Shown: positions 51,865 to 64,000 of the stretch, piece by piece | Layout: the number at the start of each line of letters is the position of its first letter | How positions within the stretch are numbered: position 1 is the stretch's first letter | Source of the DNA: Eledone cirrhosa | Lineage: Eukaryota | DNA: 64,000 nt | Reading direction: 5' to 3' | Assembly: GCA_964016885.1 (NCBI GenBank) | Contig: OZ024741.1 | Location: 153,698,001 to 153,762,000, forward strand | Made by a program: the position numbers and the translations under genes | Notes under the pieces: model-generated | What the model was told of the DNA's origin: nothing | Seen by the model: the letters and a program-made list of their open reading frames with translations, nothing else | Databases searched by the model: none

Positions 51865-52014
51865 TTAACCCATTAACATTTACATTACTCTATATTTACT
51901 ATTGTATTTTCATAGTAAAGGCTTTATCTTATAATATCAAATCTATGAGATTGTGATAGAAAGAGGTGAGAGAATTTTGGCTGGATACGGCTGGTTTAAA
52001 TGCTAAAGGGTTAA
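51865..52014. mobile_element. piggyBac-like MITE (same family as 30961)
   Basis: TTAACCCATTAACATTTA ... TAAATGCTAAAGGGTTAA. Confidence 0.65.
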
Positions 52015-52908
52015 GGAGGATGTAGAACAGTTGATTGAATGACTTAGCACTCATTACCATAACTCACAGAATATCCATCATCATCATCATCTTGTTGCAC
52101 CTATATATTATGAAAATATATAAAAAATGTTCACATTTAAGTCTTGTACCTTTTCTAACCCCTAATGCTGTAGGCCTTAACAGTGTTTTTTTTTCATCAT
52201 GCTGCCAGTATGATACCTCAGAAAATTTAATATCTCCCACCCCATATATAATGTTAAAACGATATATAGTTAAAAAAAATTGCCCCCATTATATCCAAAT
52301 GCACCCCCCCCCCCCTCCCAACCACCACACACACACACACTAAAAAAAAAAGAAGAAAAAATTGCCCTTTTGTGAACCATACACTCCACATTTAGAATCA
52401 TTGCTCCCTTAAAGTTTTCAAATTTATTGCTGTAAAAGCTCTCCATCTGTTTACTAAAGACATTTTAAGTATCACATTTCAATGTGTCTTCTTTATCAGC
52501 CTTTATTTCTGTCAATTCATTTCTATCTGGTCTTTAACTTTTATTTATGTTTCTGGCAGAGACATTCAAGTGTCAGACAGAATACTTTGCAGCATTTAGT
52601 TACAACCCACAATGTTCTGAATTCAAAATCCCACTGAGGTCAATTTTGCCTTTCATCATTCTGGGATTGGTAAAATAAAGTACCAGTAAAGCACTGAAGT
52701 GGACATACTTGAATTTCCCTCCCCCTCAATTTGCTGGCCTATGCTTTAATTAGAAATTATTATTTGTCTAATCTTACATTTCATTTCAAGGTTACTTGGT
52801 GGTTGCTGTGAACACTGTCTATCACTCATTACAGTCCCTTTCTTAACAGCTGCTGATCACACAACACTTATTCTTGTCTTTCATAATCTTCTTTCCTTCT
52901 CCTGTTAG

Positions 52909-53053
52909 ATCTAAGAAGCCACCTGACCAGAAATACAACTGTTTACTTTCAACAGCTTCTAATTATTTTTCTTGCCAAGAAAAAGATTTTATAAGAGCAG
53001 CCCTTGTTTATCATATAAAATGTCTTCACCGTTTCATTACTGTTTCTAACGAT
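52909..53053 (+). CDS. Candidate coding exon of unidentified host gene (SKKPPDQKYNCLLSTASNYFSCQEKDFIRAALVYHIKCLHRFITVSND)
   Basis: Strong CTTTCCTTCTCCTGTTAG acceptor, 145-nt open non-repetitive frame, GTATGT donor; phase 2 to phase 0. Confidence 0.65.
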
Positions 53054-53362
53054 GTATGTGATATATGTGTATGTATGTGTTGGAGTGTGTGTGTGTGTGT
53101 GTGTATGTATATATATATATATATATATATGATTATGTGTATATGTAACCCAGGACAATGTATCGCATGGTTGGGTGTTGGCAACTAACCACCAAACCCA
53201 GAGGGTGATTTTGGACACTCTGCAGAATGAAAAAAAATCTCATCAAAAGAGAAACTTAATCAATGGCCATCCAATAGTGTGTACATATTCATATGTTGTG
53301 TGTGTGTGTGTGTGTGTGTATGTGAATATATATATATGCATGTGTATGTATGTATGTGTGTG

Positions 53363-53409
<47 letters not shown>

Positions 53410-55542
53410 GCATGTATATGTATGATGTATAAATGTATCTATAGCAGTTCAGCGCAGTGGATTATCAGAAGTGTTAGAGTGTAGGATGAGATGCCTTCTG
53501 GTATTTGTTTTGGATCTTTGTGTTCTGATTTAAAATACCCATGTGACCTATTTGGGTCGGTGACTTAATCTGTCATTTGGTTTAATATCACCACCTGGCT
53601 CTTGGGTACCTTTAGTGGTGTCCACTCTGTTGCAAGTATTCTGACAATGCCTCAAATTTGAGGATACCTTCTTCCCTCTGTAACCAATCACAGAGGCTTT
53701 GAAAAGTGTTATGGGCACTTTTCTTTCTCCTCTAACTAAGCAGCAAAAAAAAAAAAGAAGAGGAAAAATCTTAGTCTTTACAAGACTTTGTCAGGGATTG
53801 TAAACCTCTCATCCTAGAGTGGTGGACTTCACAGCCACGGGTGAAATTTTACTCGCATTAGATTTGAAGCTGCTCACTGGTGAGGTCTTTAAAAACTCAC
53901 ATGGAAGCAAAAAGGTTTTAGCTCAAGGAGAAAAAAAGCAAAAAATCCCAAACAGTAATTTATCTGTATATAATATAAAAGAAAGATGCTTATTCGTTGG
54001 TTGGTTGAATCACATAAAAACTACACACACACACACACAAATACATACACACACACACACACATCTAAAGAGAGAGAGACACACAGAGAGAGGCAGAAAG
54101 AGAGAGATAGGCCGTTATACAGAGAGAGATACAATTAAAGTGTTAGATATTCAGAGAGAGAGAATAACGTCCCACGAAAGTCTAGAAATGGCTTAAACTA
54201 TAGATCCTTTGATCTATAGGAAGGTTTAACAATATTGTGTTAGCTTTTATAAAGTCATTTTAGTCTTTGATTTTACAAAACAAAGGAAAATTGATACTAT
54301 TTGAAATTAATCTACCCTCCAGCTTTTATCTATATACTACTTACAGACCGTTCTAACCAAGCTAACCACTTCAGAAGCAATGTTATGCGGTATATTGCTG
54401 TGTTTCAGATGACGTCCTTTAGAACTAAAAAAGATCATACTGACTATGGTTATTTCACAACATTTAAAATCCAATGCCAATGCTACCATTTAATCGGCAG
54501 TTTACTCCCCCAGCCTAATAAGGAAGTTTTATGATTGTTTTTTTTTTATATCTCTCTCTCTCACACACATTATGGTCTCACCTCATACCAGACAACACAT
54601 CCTATACAGTCATTTTCTCTTTTATCCGTCTTCTTTTAACTGTTCTCCTGGGTGAAGCTGGGTACCTCGGCTAGTGTAATATAAAAGAAGAAATATAAAA
54701 TTGAAAAGTTGGATGTGATGCATGGAAAGTTGAGTGATTGTCTGTGGAAAGTCTGGTGTGAGTAGTGGGACTGAGTGGGGAGGGAACACAGAATGCCAGC
54801 TTAGAAGAGGTCACCATGGTATTAGCTGAAGTGGTAAAGAGTTGAAAAAAATTGTGTTCAGCTGTAGAAATAATGGTAAAAAGGTAGAGTCGACTTTTCA
54901 ATTGCATCAAAGACAAAAGAGCCTCTAGTGCTGGTGCCATGATAAAATACACCCAATATATCCTGTAAAGTGGTAGTGCACTTTATAAGGGGGTTGGCAT
55001 TAGGAAGAACATTCGATTGTAGACTTTACCAAAATGAAACATACCTGAGAAAGATGTAGTCCCCTGAAACATTAAATACTGATGTTATGAGACATTAAGT
55101 ACTGACTTCATTGGTAATGACCCATCCAACCGAAGCTTGCATCAGAAATAAATGTGAAATGATGATGATAATGATTATCCTAGCACCCTGGAGTTAAAAT
55201 AATATTTAACTCCTTAGTATTTTATTTGACAAGCCTTTTTCCTGAAATGATTATCTATTTCATTAACAACTAGGCTCAGTTATGACCATAGTTATACTAC
55301 TTTTGGGCCTGTGTTAGTTTTTAAGTGAATGTGAGTGTGATTTTTGAAGGTAGTTAACTTTCTAAACTGCCAATGCAGTCTGATAAATCTTTCATATAAA
55401 CCCCTCATTACCAATCAAATTTATGATTCACAAGATTACATAGACATATATAATCTACTTATTAAAGCTGGGATATTCACAAAAGCATTTTAGTTCTTAA
55501 TACATATATATTAATTTGTTTAAATCTTTCTTTTGTTTCAAG

Positions 55543-55565
55543 TTATTGAACAGAATTTCGAAAAG
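55543..55565 (+). CDS. Candidate 23-nt micro-exon (LLNRISK)
   Basis: TCTTTCTTTTGTTTCAAG acceptor, AAG|GTAAGT consensus donor. Phase 0 start fits the previous exon. Confidence 0.55.
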
Positions 55566-56440
55566 GTAAGTATTTATATTAAAATTCTATGCTGTTGTGA
55601 ATAAATATTATGACCCTGCTATTAATCGTTTTAATATCAAACTACCTTCAACTGCTGTTGATTCTATGACACAAAGCTGTTTGTTTTAAAGTGTTTATCT
55701 CCTTATAATATATAACCAGCAATTTCTCTGTCTGTCTGTCCAACAGTGGAAACACGTGCGCGCGTGGTTGCTATCTCTCTCTCTCTCTCCAGCTATCCCT
55801 CTCTTTTAGTCTGTCTGTTTCTCTCACTCTCACTCTTTCTCTTTGTAACACACTAACATTCCTCCCCTCTATCGCTGTGACGAATGGGGAGATGGAGGAG
55901 GAGGAGGAGGAGAGAGTCACTTCGTCACTTCACCTCTGCCTTTCTTTCTCTCCCCTCTCACTCCCTCATTACGTACAGACATTAGGGCGGTGGATTGGCA
56001 GAATCTGTAGAGAATCGGACACCATGCTTCATAGCATGGAGTTACGTCCCTTTACAGCTGAGTTCAAATACCGCCGAGGTTAACTTTGCCTTTCATCGTC
56101 ACGGGATCGATAAAATAAAGTACCAGTAATGTACTGGGTAATTGCTGGCCTTGTGCCAAAAGTAGAAACAATTATTAGAAACATTGCTTCATTTTTACAT
56201 ATCTAAGCATTAGTAAAATAACTAATAATTTCAAAAGTAATTTTTCAATTCCAATTGTTATGAACAGCAAAACATTAATTTATCATTTTGTTCTAAGAAA
56301 TATATATACATTTCTGTGTGTGTAATATATATATACACACAGAAATATATATACATTTCTGTGTGTAATATATATATATATATACACACACAGAAATATA
56401 TATATATACACACAGAAATATATATACATTTCTGTGTGTG

Positions 56441-56485
<45 letters not shown>

Positions 56486-56513
56486 GAAATATATATATAT
56501 TTCTGTGTGTGTA

Positions 56514-56544
<31 letters not shown>

Positions 56545-56562
56545 GAAATATATGGGCATTTC

Positions 56563-56616
<54 letters not shown>

Positions 56617-57068
56617 CTTCCCTAAAACTCAAATGTAGGTGCTACAGAAATATTACCTTCCCCTTCCTTTCTCCACTTTGGTACTACCAAGAGAAACACT
56701 GTCGCTATAGAAACATTACCTTCCCCTCTCCACTGACTTTGGTCACTGAGGCCGAGGGAATCGCTGGTTGCTATAGAGACACCTTGCACAAGCCAGAAGT
56801 AACCAGTTCGAGGCGGTTCTGACTTGACACCATGCCAAGGACCATTTGAAGATATATTTCCATCGTTATATCATAACGTTTATATTTCCGTCACTAATCT
56901 CTTTTTCTCCTTTTTCGTTTTAACATATATTTATTTCAAAGATTTCACCGTATAGATAACATATATATTTATACATGCATAAAAGACACACTGAGAGATG
57001 GTGAACATGTGGTGCCGAAAACATTTCTCATCCAAATCTCAACAATATCAGTATATACACTAGATTTG

Positions 57069-57370
57069 CTAGCAGAAAACCGCCCACCGGGTGGTTTTCT
57101 GCTAGACTATATATCTAAAACAGAGAATGTCTGTCTGGCTGTCCAATCACTAAAACTCGAGAACCACCCAACCGATTGTTTTCAAACTTTACACATGTAA
57201 TACTTATGGTTCTGTGAGTATTTCAAATTTTCAATCCACCTAGGGGCCGCATTAGGCGATTTAGCGATCTCTTTCTATAATTCTTAGTCTTTCTCATTTT
57301 AGATATAATGTTGCGCCCTTATAATATCTGTCTGTATGTCTGGCTCTCTGCATTACGACATTATGACGCG
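57069..57370 (+). mobile_element. Helitron 3' hairpin-CTAG joined to the 5' part of another Helitron copy
   Basis: CTAGCAGAAAACCGCCC-acc-GGGTGGTTTTCTGCTAG, followed directly by ACTATATATCTAAAACAGAGAATGTCTGTCTG. 57106-57370 is homologous to the reverse complement of 32800-33094. Confidence 0.7.
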
Positions 57371-57397
57371 GTGTGTGTGTGTGTGTATATATATATA

Positions 57398-57478
<81 letters not shown>

Positions 57479-57511
57479 TGTAACGTTTTTCGAATTATTT
57501 ACTTCTGCGTT

Positions 57512-57585
57512 CAGATTGATTTTTTTAGTTTCTGAAGATCCCATTAAGGGTGAAAGCAGCGATTCTTTGCTTAAACTTTAATCTG
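57512..57585 (+). ncRNA. Type I hammerhead ribozyme with bulged stem I
   Basis: CAGATTGA-(U-rich bulge)-AGTTT-CTGAAGA-TCCC(attaa)GGGT-GAAA-GCA(gcgattctt)TGC-TT-AAACT-TTAATCTG; CUU triplet, U.U at the base of stem II. Confidence 0.7.
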
Positions 57586-58142
57586 TTATTTTAATATATA
57601 TATATATATAATTATCAATTAGATCGACCCCAGTGCATTACTGGTACTTTATTTTATTGACCTCATAAGGATGAAGGGCAAAACTAACCTCGGCAGGATT
57701 TAAACTCAGAATGTAAATAATAATAATAATTTAGACTTAAGGCCAACAATTGGTGGGGAGGGAAAGCTGATGACTGATACTATATTTTATTGATCCTGAA
57801 AGGATGAAAGGCAAACTTGACCTCAGCAGGACTTGAGTTCAGAATGTAAAGAGCCGGAACAAATACTGCTAAGCATTTGTCCAATGCTCTAATAATTCTG
57901 CCACTCCATTGCTTACGCCAGCTTAATAAGGAAAAAGTTAGTAATATTACTAAATTCCACAAAATTCTTGATTATTTTCAAAATTATTTCATAGGCAGTG
58001 TCTTTCATTAGAAATATGCTAATAAAAGGATTAACATATCACATTCATACACATGCTCTCTCCTCTTTCATCCTCTTGGCTACTATTCATTTTCTATTTG
58101 CACTCTTGGCCATGTTTTGCTTTGAAAAAATGGAGACATGTA

Positions 58143-58260
58143 CATTTTATCATGGAACCAACATTAGAGAGGGTGTCTTATTCTCTGCAGTACTAATGAG
58201 CCCTCATTAGTATTGCAGAGAATAAGACACCCTCTCTAATGTTGGTGCCATGATAAAATG
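58143..58260. repeat. Near-perfect hairpin (~58-bp arms, 3-nt loop)
   Basis: CATTTTATCATGGAACCAACATTAGAGAGGGTGTCTTATTCTCTGCAGTACTAATGAG-ccc-CTCATTAGTATTGCAGAGAATAAGACACCCTCTCTAATGTTGGTGCCATGATAAAATG. Confidence 0.9.
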
Positions 58261-59331
58261 CACCCCAGTACACCCTGTAAAGTGGTTGGCAATTGAATAA
58301 AGATAATGTAAGGGAGAGAGGACTTATAGGTCACATCAAGTACATGATGAACTATCTAGTGCTGGTGCCACAATAAAATGTACCTAGTACACTCTGTAAA
58401 ATGGTTGATGTTATGAAGGGCATCTAGTCATAGATACAATGTTAAAAATAAAATGTACAAGCAACACATGGTCTGGTCCTCTGATCCATCTAAGAGTGCA
58501 GTAATTTCAAATAAGAACTTACTCAGACTGTAACAACCTGTCCAACCGATTCCAGCATGGAAACCAGACAAAAAATGCTGTTGTTGCTAATGTATATATC
58601 ATCATCATCATCATAATTATACATCTACTTTCCGTGCTTGCATGGATTAGACAGTCTGTCACATTGTAAGGCCTAGACAGGTCAAATAACCAGGTCTTGC
58701 TCATACATTCAATGGTTTCTACAGCTTCTTAATGCCAGGGTGTACTGGGTGCAATTTTTTGTGGAACCAGCACTACCAATTTACAGAGTGGACTGAATGT
58801 GTTTTATCATTGCATCAGCACTATCACTTTACAGAGCGGAATGGGCGCATTCTATTGTAACACAAGCACTAGAGAGGTTGTCACATGTTCATCTAGACTG
58901 AAGAGTCTTCTCAGATCCTATGTTGTCTCTGTTTAATCACCAGGCACTCTATCTTTCAGTCTCTTGTTCTATTTACTTTTAGTGTCATAGTGCTTGTACT
59001 TATGGATGTTTTTTTTTTTTGTATTATAGCATAACACCAGTTAGCTTGATCCTTTGGGAAGTTAAGTTTCTTGAAATCATTTCTCACAACTTAGTTCCAT
59101 ATCTTCCTAATTCTCCCTCTACAACAGGTTCCATTTACTTTAAGTGCTTTGTACATTTTTTATATTCTCCTTACACATCACGTGCCCATATCAGTACAAA
59201 CATCTCTCTTGCAAGTTACCATCAATTTCTTTTATATTCAACTTTTCTTTTAGTTCACTTGTGTTCTGGCATCCATGCACACGAGCATTACACATCCACA
59301 AAACACACATACATATACTTGTATATATATA

Positions 59332-59964
59332 TATAAGTATGTATACGTACATACATATATGTATACAGACGTACAGTAGTATGCATATATACATACATGC
59401 ACACATATACATATGTACGTATGGATTCATCAAACATTTATTATAATGCTCGGTGTGTTTGTAAACAAACATCCCGTATAAAGCCGCAGTGTCCAGCAAC
59501 CACCGTTGCTCGTTTGTTCAACACTGACAAAGGAACGCTGTACTAGTTTCAAGCTTGTTAGCCATTGCCAACAACGTATACCTTCCTGCCAGATTGTTGA
59601 ACGTCCGAAAGTATATACTTTTCTTATGCATATTAACGGCTGAGTAGCCCAATTTGCATATCGAGTAGGTTAATCGGCCGGGTGCACCGAAAACGATAAA
59701 CGGAAAAAATGAAACGAAATTTCATTTCCCAAACGAGCAACGGTGGTTGCTAGACACTGCGGCTTTATACGGGATGTTTGTTTACAAACACACCGAGCAT
59801 TATAATAAATGTTTGGTGAATCCATACGTACATATGTATATGTGTGCATGTATATATATATATATATACATACTACTGTACATCTGTATACATATATGTA
59901 TGTACATGTACATACTTATATTTAAGTAACAGCCATACTAAGAGTGGGAAATGAAATTTCGTTT
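59332..59964. mobile_element. Fold-back HHR element, family B copy 2 (inactivated HHR on minus strand, 59535-59577)
   Basis: Arms 59332-59516 / 59730-59920. Minus-strand ACGTTG-TTGGCAA-TGGC(taacaa)GCTT-GAAA-CTAG-TA-CAGCGT. Same tail as copy 1. Confidence 0.85.
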
Positions 59965-61429
59965 AATTATTTTCCTTATATATATATATATATAAAACTG
60001 TAAATGTGGTTGGTGTTAGGTAGGGCATCCAGCTGTAAATTACCCGGCCAAATTTACAGTCCTCGTCGGAGTAAGGTACGGCGTGGCCAATTCTGGCCAG
60101 ACTTGTCTCCCAGCGTGGATGGCCGTCTAACCCATGCAAGCATGGAAAAATGGACACTAAATGGAGATGATGATGACATATATATATATATATATATAAT
60201 CATCATTTAGCATCCATTTTCCATGTTTATATGGTTTAGACTGGTTGTCACATTATGAGACAATTCAGGTGAGGAGACCACATCTTGCTCATACAGATCT
60301 GTATTTTGGCTTGGTTTCTACACCTGGATGCCCTTCTTAACACCAACTACATTACAGTGTGGACTAGGTACTTTTTATTGACCATTTAACAGGGTGAACT
60401 GGGTGGCTTCAGTTGTGTCACTAACAGGACCACCTTACAGGGTGGACTGGGCACTTTTTCTCATGTCACCAGCACGACCAGGCTACAGGGTGGACTTGGT
60501 ACTTTTTTCGTGTCACCAGTATGACATCTATACAGGACTGAGTGGGAGCCTCTTGTCATGTCACCAGCATAACCACCTTACAGAGTGGATTGGGTGCTTT
60601 TGTTGTGGCACCAGATCATCATACAAGGTGGGCAAAGTGCTTTTTTTTTTCATGGTAACAGCATTATGGGAGAGGGTAAAGCAGATTTAGAGTATGCCCA
60701 GCTTTCCATGCTTCTATGTGTGGATTGAATAGGGCAGGAGAGGTACCTCATGTGTGTAGAAGGGGGGTAGGGGAGGAAGTATGCTCTCGTCTCTTAAAGG
60801 AGACACACCATATACAGTTTGTTCCATCAAGCAGGGTGATGTAGTTCTTAGCCAAACACCCCAGCCCTCAACAAGGGCCAACTAGCTCTATTCCCATCAG
60901 TACTTCAATAAAAGTTAGTCCATACATAACTGTAAATAATATCTTTCAAACTTTGCACACACACACACACACATACACAACAACAACATAGCCTTGTTTT
61001 CTAACTTCATCATCAATAGCTTCATAGAAGGTTATTGAATTAATAAATATATTTAAGTAGTGATTTGGTTTTTATTTTATTACCTATGTTATTAGGGTAA
61101 ATCACTTGTACAAGGAATCATCACATCACCATCATCATCATAATGAACACTGTAGCTCATTTGCACACCTGCAATCTCTGGTCACACTGTATCAGGCTCA
61201 TCTATCTTCTTTCACCTACACGCTACACAATGGTGACCACATCACAAAGCAATCCACAAGTGAACAATGAACCATAGTACCAACATCGCCATATCTTCTT
61301 ACACTACCACCAAATAACTTTGCTTGCTACATATATATAACAACATTGCTTATATATATATATTATATATATATATTATATATATATATAAAAGTAATGT
61401 TGTTATTTCATTAATCTATTCCTTTACAG

Positions 61430-61451
61430 AAGCAGGATTCCTAGTTTTGAA
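61430..61451 (+). CDS. Candidate 22-nt micro-exon ((R)SRIPSFE)
   Basis: CTATTCCTTTACAG acceptor, GTAATT donor. Phase 2 start fits the 55565 donor. Confidence 0.35.
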
Positions 61452-62006
61452 GTAATTTCCTCACAAATTCGGTTTTTGATCTGGCTTTGATCTGACTGGT
61501 TTCAGTTTTCTGTTGAAAACATTTTCATTCAATTATATCTATAATTCTTTCAAGAAAAAAGTAAATACCTCAAATCACTCATCCCCTCCCCACCCCTCTT
61601 CTGCAATAAGAAAATATAACTAATAACAATAAAAAAAAAACAATTTTTATTTTCTCCTCATTTGCAATATTAATACTTATTCTTTGCAAGAGATGTGTAT
61701 ATTGTTATTTAATCTATTGGTGGTTCCAAAGTTTGAATAAAGCAATCATCAGAGCATCAGTGCCTATTTCTTTCATTCGTTTCTTTAGAAGAGAAAGCAA
61801 GTTATGTGTATTATAAATATCATATATATATATACTTCTGTGTATACACTAATGTATATATACTTTCTATGTATATATATGTGTGTGTGTCTGTGTGTGT
61901 GTGTGTGTGTGTGAATTTTGTATATATATACAGTAAGTTTAATAAATAAACATTTTGAGAGCCTCAGCTATGAATAGAAGACTGGCGGTCAGCGCCGCTA
62001 AGTGGT

Positions 62007-62097
62007 GTCCAGCTGAAGCAAGGGGGATAATTGTCTATGCATTTCAAACTTAAATGGTTCTCATCAGGACAATGTTCCCCTTTTTCTACTGCTGGAC
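62007..62097 (-). ncRNA. Type I hammerhead ribozyme with extended stem I
   Basis: Minus GTCCAGC..AAGGGGA-AC-ATTGTC-CTGATGA-GAAC(catttaa)GTTT-GAAA-TGCA-TA-GACAAT-TA-TCCCC..GCTGGAC; palindromic ATGCAT stem III. Confidence 0.88.
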
Positions 62098-63309
62098 TTT
62101 GAGACATACAAAATTCACAGACATATTTGTATACAGCTATGTCGAAGTTAAATTCTAATATGTATATATATATATATATACACTATCAAGGGTGGTGCCC
62201 AGCATGGCCTCAGCCAGATGGCTGGAACAGGTAAAAGAGTAAAAGAGTATAGTTTCCATGAAAATCTGAACTGCAGAACCAGCATACAACTTACCTACTG
62301 AACTTAAAACACTTCAATAAATGTTATGTAAAACAAGTGAAATTTATACAAGTATTATTGTGTGTGTGTGTATGATTGTATATGTATGTGTGAGTTTGTG
62401 TATACCTTTGAATTTAACAATGAAGTAATTTGTCCTGCTTGTTTCTTTTCAGTTTCTGAGTTCTTAACTTTTATCAGTGCTGGTTTGTTGTATAGTCTTC
62501 CTGTAGACACAGACCATTAAACATGGGATCAGCAAGTGTGGAGGTATTGTACCATTGTCTCAATGCACGATATTACATTCAATGCATGATTACCAAAGAT
62601 CTCCCTAGTTGTATACCTGCATGTCATTTTTATCCCTTTTCCTAGTAATTCCTATAACCCCAAATTTAATAACACACATCTGCAAACTAGTTCTGATTAA
62701 CACTTAACATCCTGTAACACATGAAACCATATTAGCAGGACATTCTTGAAAAGTATAAAACATTGCTATGACTGCATTTAATTAAAAATTAAAGTTTTTA
62801 CTCTAATACTGCAATGTTTTCACCACAATCTGTCCACTAGTAAAGATATTATAATCATTTGAATTTATAAATCACATGAAACCACATTAGCAAGACATTC
62901 TTGAAAAATATATAGCAGCACTATGACTGCATCACATTAAAGATTAAAGTCTTTACTTTAGTTTACTGCAAATTTTCACAATGATCTGTCCACTAGTAAA
63001 GATACTTTAAACATTTTAATTAATAAACCCGCGTTTAGATATTTTCTGGTAAATTATTACATTGTATTGTGATTTGTTAGTTACATTGCATTAATTATTA
63101 TTACTACTATTACTATAACTACTAATGCTATTAATATTGTAATTGTTGTTGATTTTGTGTGATAATCATTAATCAGTTATAATTTTGTTTGTGAAGTTAA
63201 GGGCCGAAACATTTGCTTGAGTGGGGTTTCTTCTCTGAAAACCTTCTGCTGTCCAGCTCTCCTGAGAGTTTCTTACCATATTGTTTTTTAACTGTTTGGC
63301 TGTTCAAAA

Positions 63310-63500
63310 CATACTGATATGTCTTTTAGCTTCCACCTCATGTGTGCCAAAGGTGTACTGGTACATCCTTTACCTCCCATACTGATATGTCTTTTAGCTT
63401 CTACCTCATGTGTGCTAAAGGTGTACTGGTACATCTTTTATCTCCCATACAGATATGATTTTAGCTTCCACTCCTTATTTGCCAAAGACATACTGGTATG
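63310..63500. repeat. Tandem repeat, ~66-bp unit, ~3 copies
   Basis: CATACTGATATGTCTTTTAGCTTCCACCTCATGTGTGCCAAAGGTGTACTGGTACATC repeated. Confidence 0.75.
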
Positions 63501-64000
63501 TTTATGAAGCACTGTGCCAGACAAAGTAAATAAAGTAAATTTGATCAAAATATTGCCTTTATTTTTTTTTTGACAATTTCTTTTTTTTTTTAGAATAATA
63601 AAAAAAAATTAACAATTAACCTCAGCCTGGGGCAGTAGAATACCAAAAATGGCACTGTCACTCAAGAGTTAATTGTGATGCTGTAAAAAATCCCAAATCT
63701 TTTAAAATATTTTTTTGCTGAAATATTTCTTTTCAACAAAAATTAAAATTTGTCATTAATTTGATTTTAAACATTAAAAAGAATGAAACAGTTAAAAAAG
63801 AATTGTAACCTTTTTACATTAAACATTTGGAAGAGTTTGGGTTCATTATTATTAAAATAAATATAATCACCATCACCATCATAATCATCATCACCTCCCC
63901 CCTCACCACCATCATCATTATTACAATCATCACAATGATAAGGACATTCATTTTCTCATTAATGTACCTCCCCATGTGTTTTACCATCAATACTTGGCCT

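Overview
AT-rich, microsatellite-laden eukaryotic DNA. The repeat content (RTE LINEs, tRNA-derived SINEs with (GAT)n tails, Helitrons, Penelope-like elements) resembles an octopus/coleoid cephalopod genome; that assignment is inference. Almost all ORFs in the track are microsatellite or antisense artefacts. Protein-coding signal: one long 5'-truncated RTE ORF (11821-14202) with a PHD finger inside its RT, three decayed RTE copies, a decayed CRE-like RLE retroelement, a decayed Penelope-like (Naiad-type) RT+GIY-YIG element with ~1.7-kb inverted arms, and four phase-compatible small exons of an unidentified + strand host gene (48.4-61.5 kb). The most striking feature is about 12 type I hammerhead ribozyme (HHR) motifs, read by eye: 8 near-intact and 4 decayed or split, from about 7 sequence families. 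They sit in the Penelope arms, in non-coding fold-back elements, and in a 629-nt 1.4-mer tandem element. Two of these show signs of circular or multimeric RNA templates, suggesting a diverse set of retrozyme-like non-autonomous elements. No database searches or folding computations were run.
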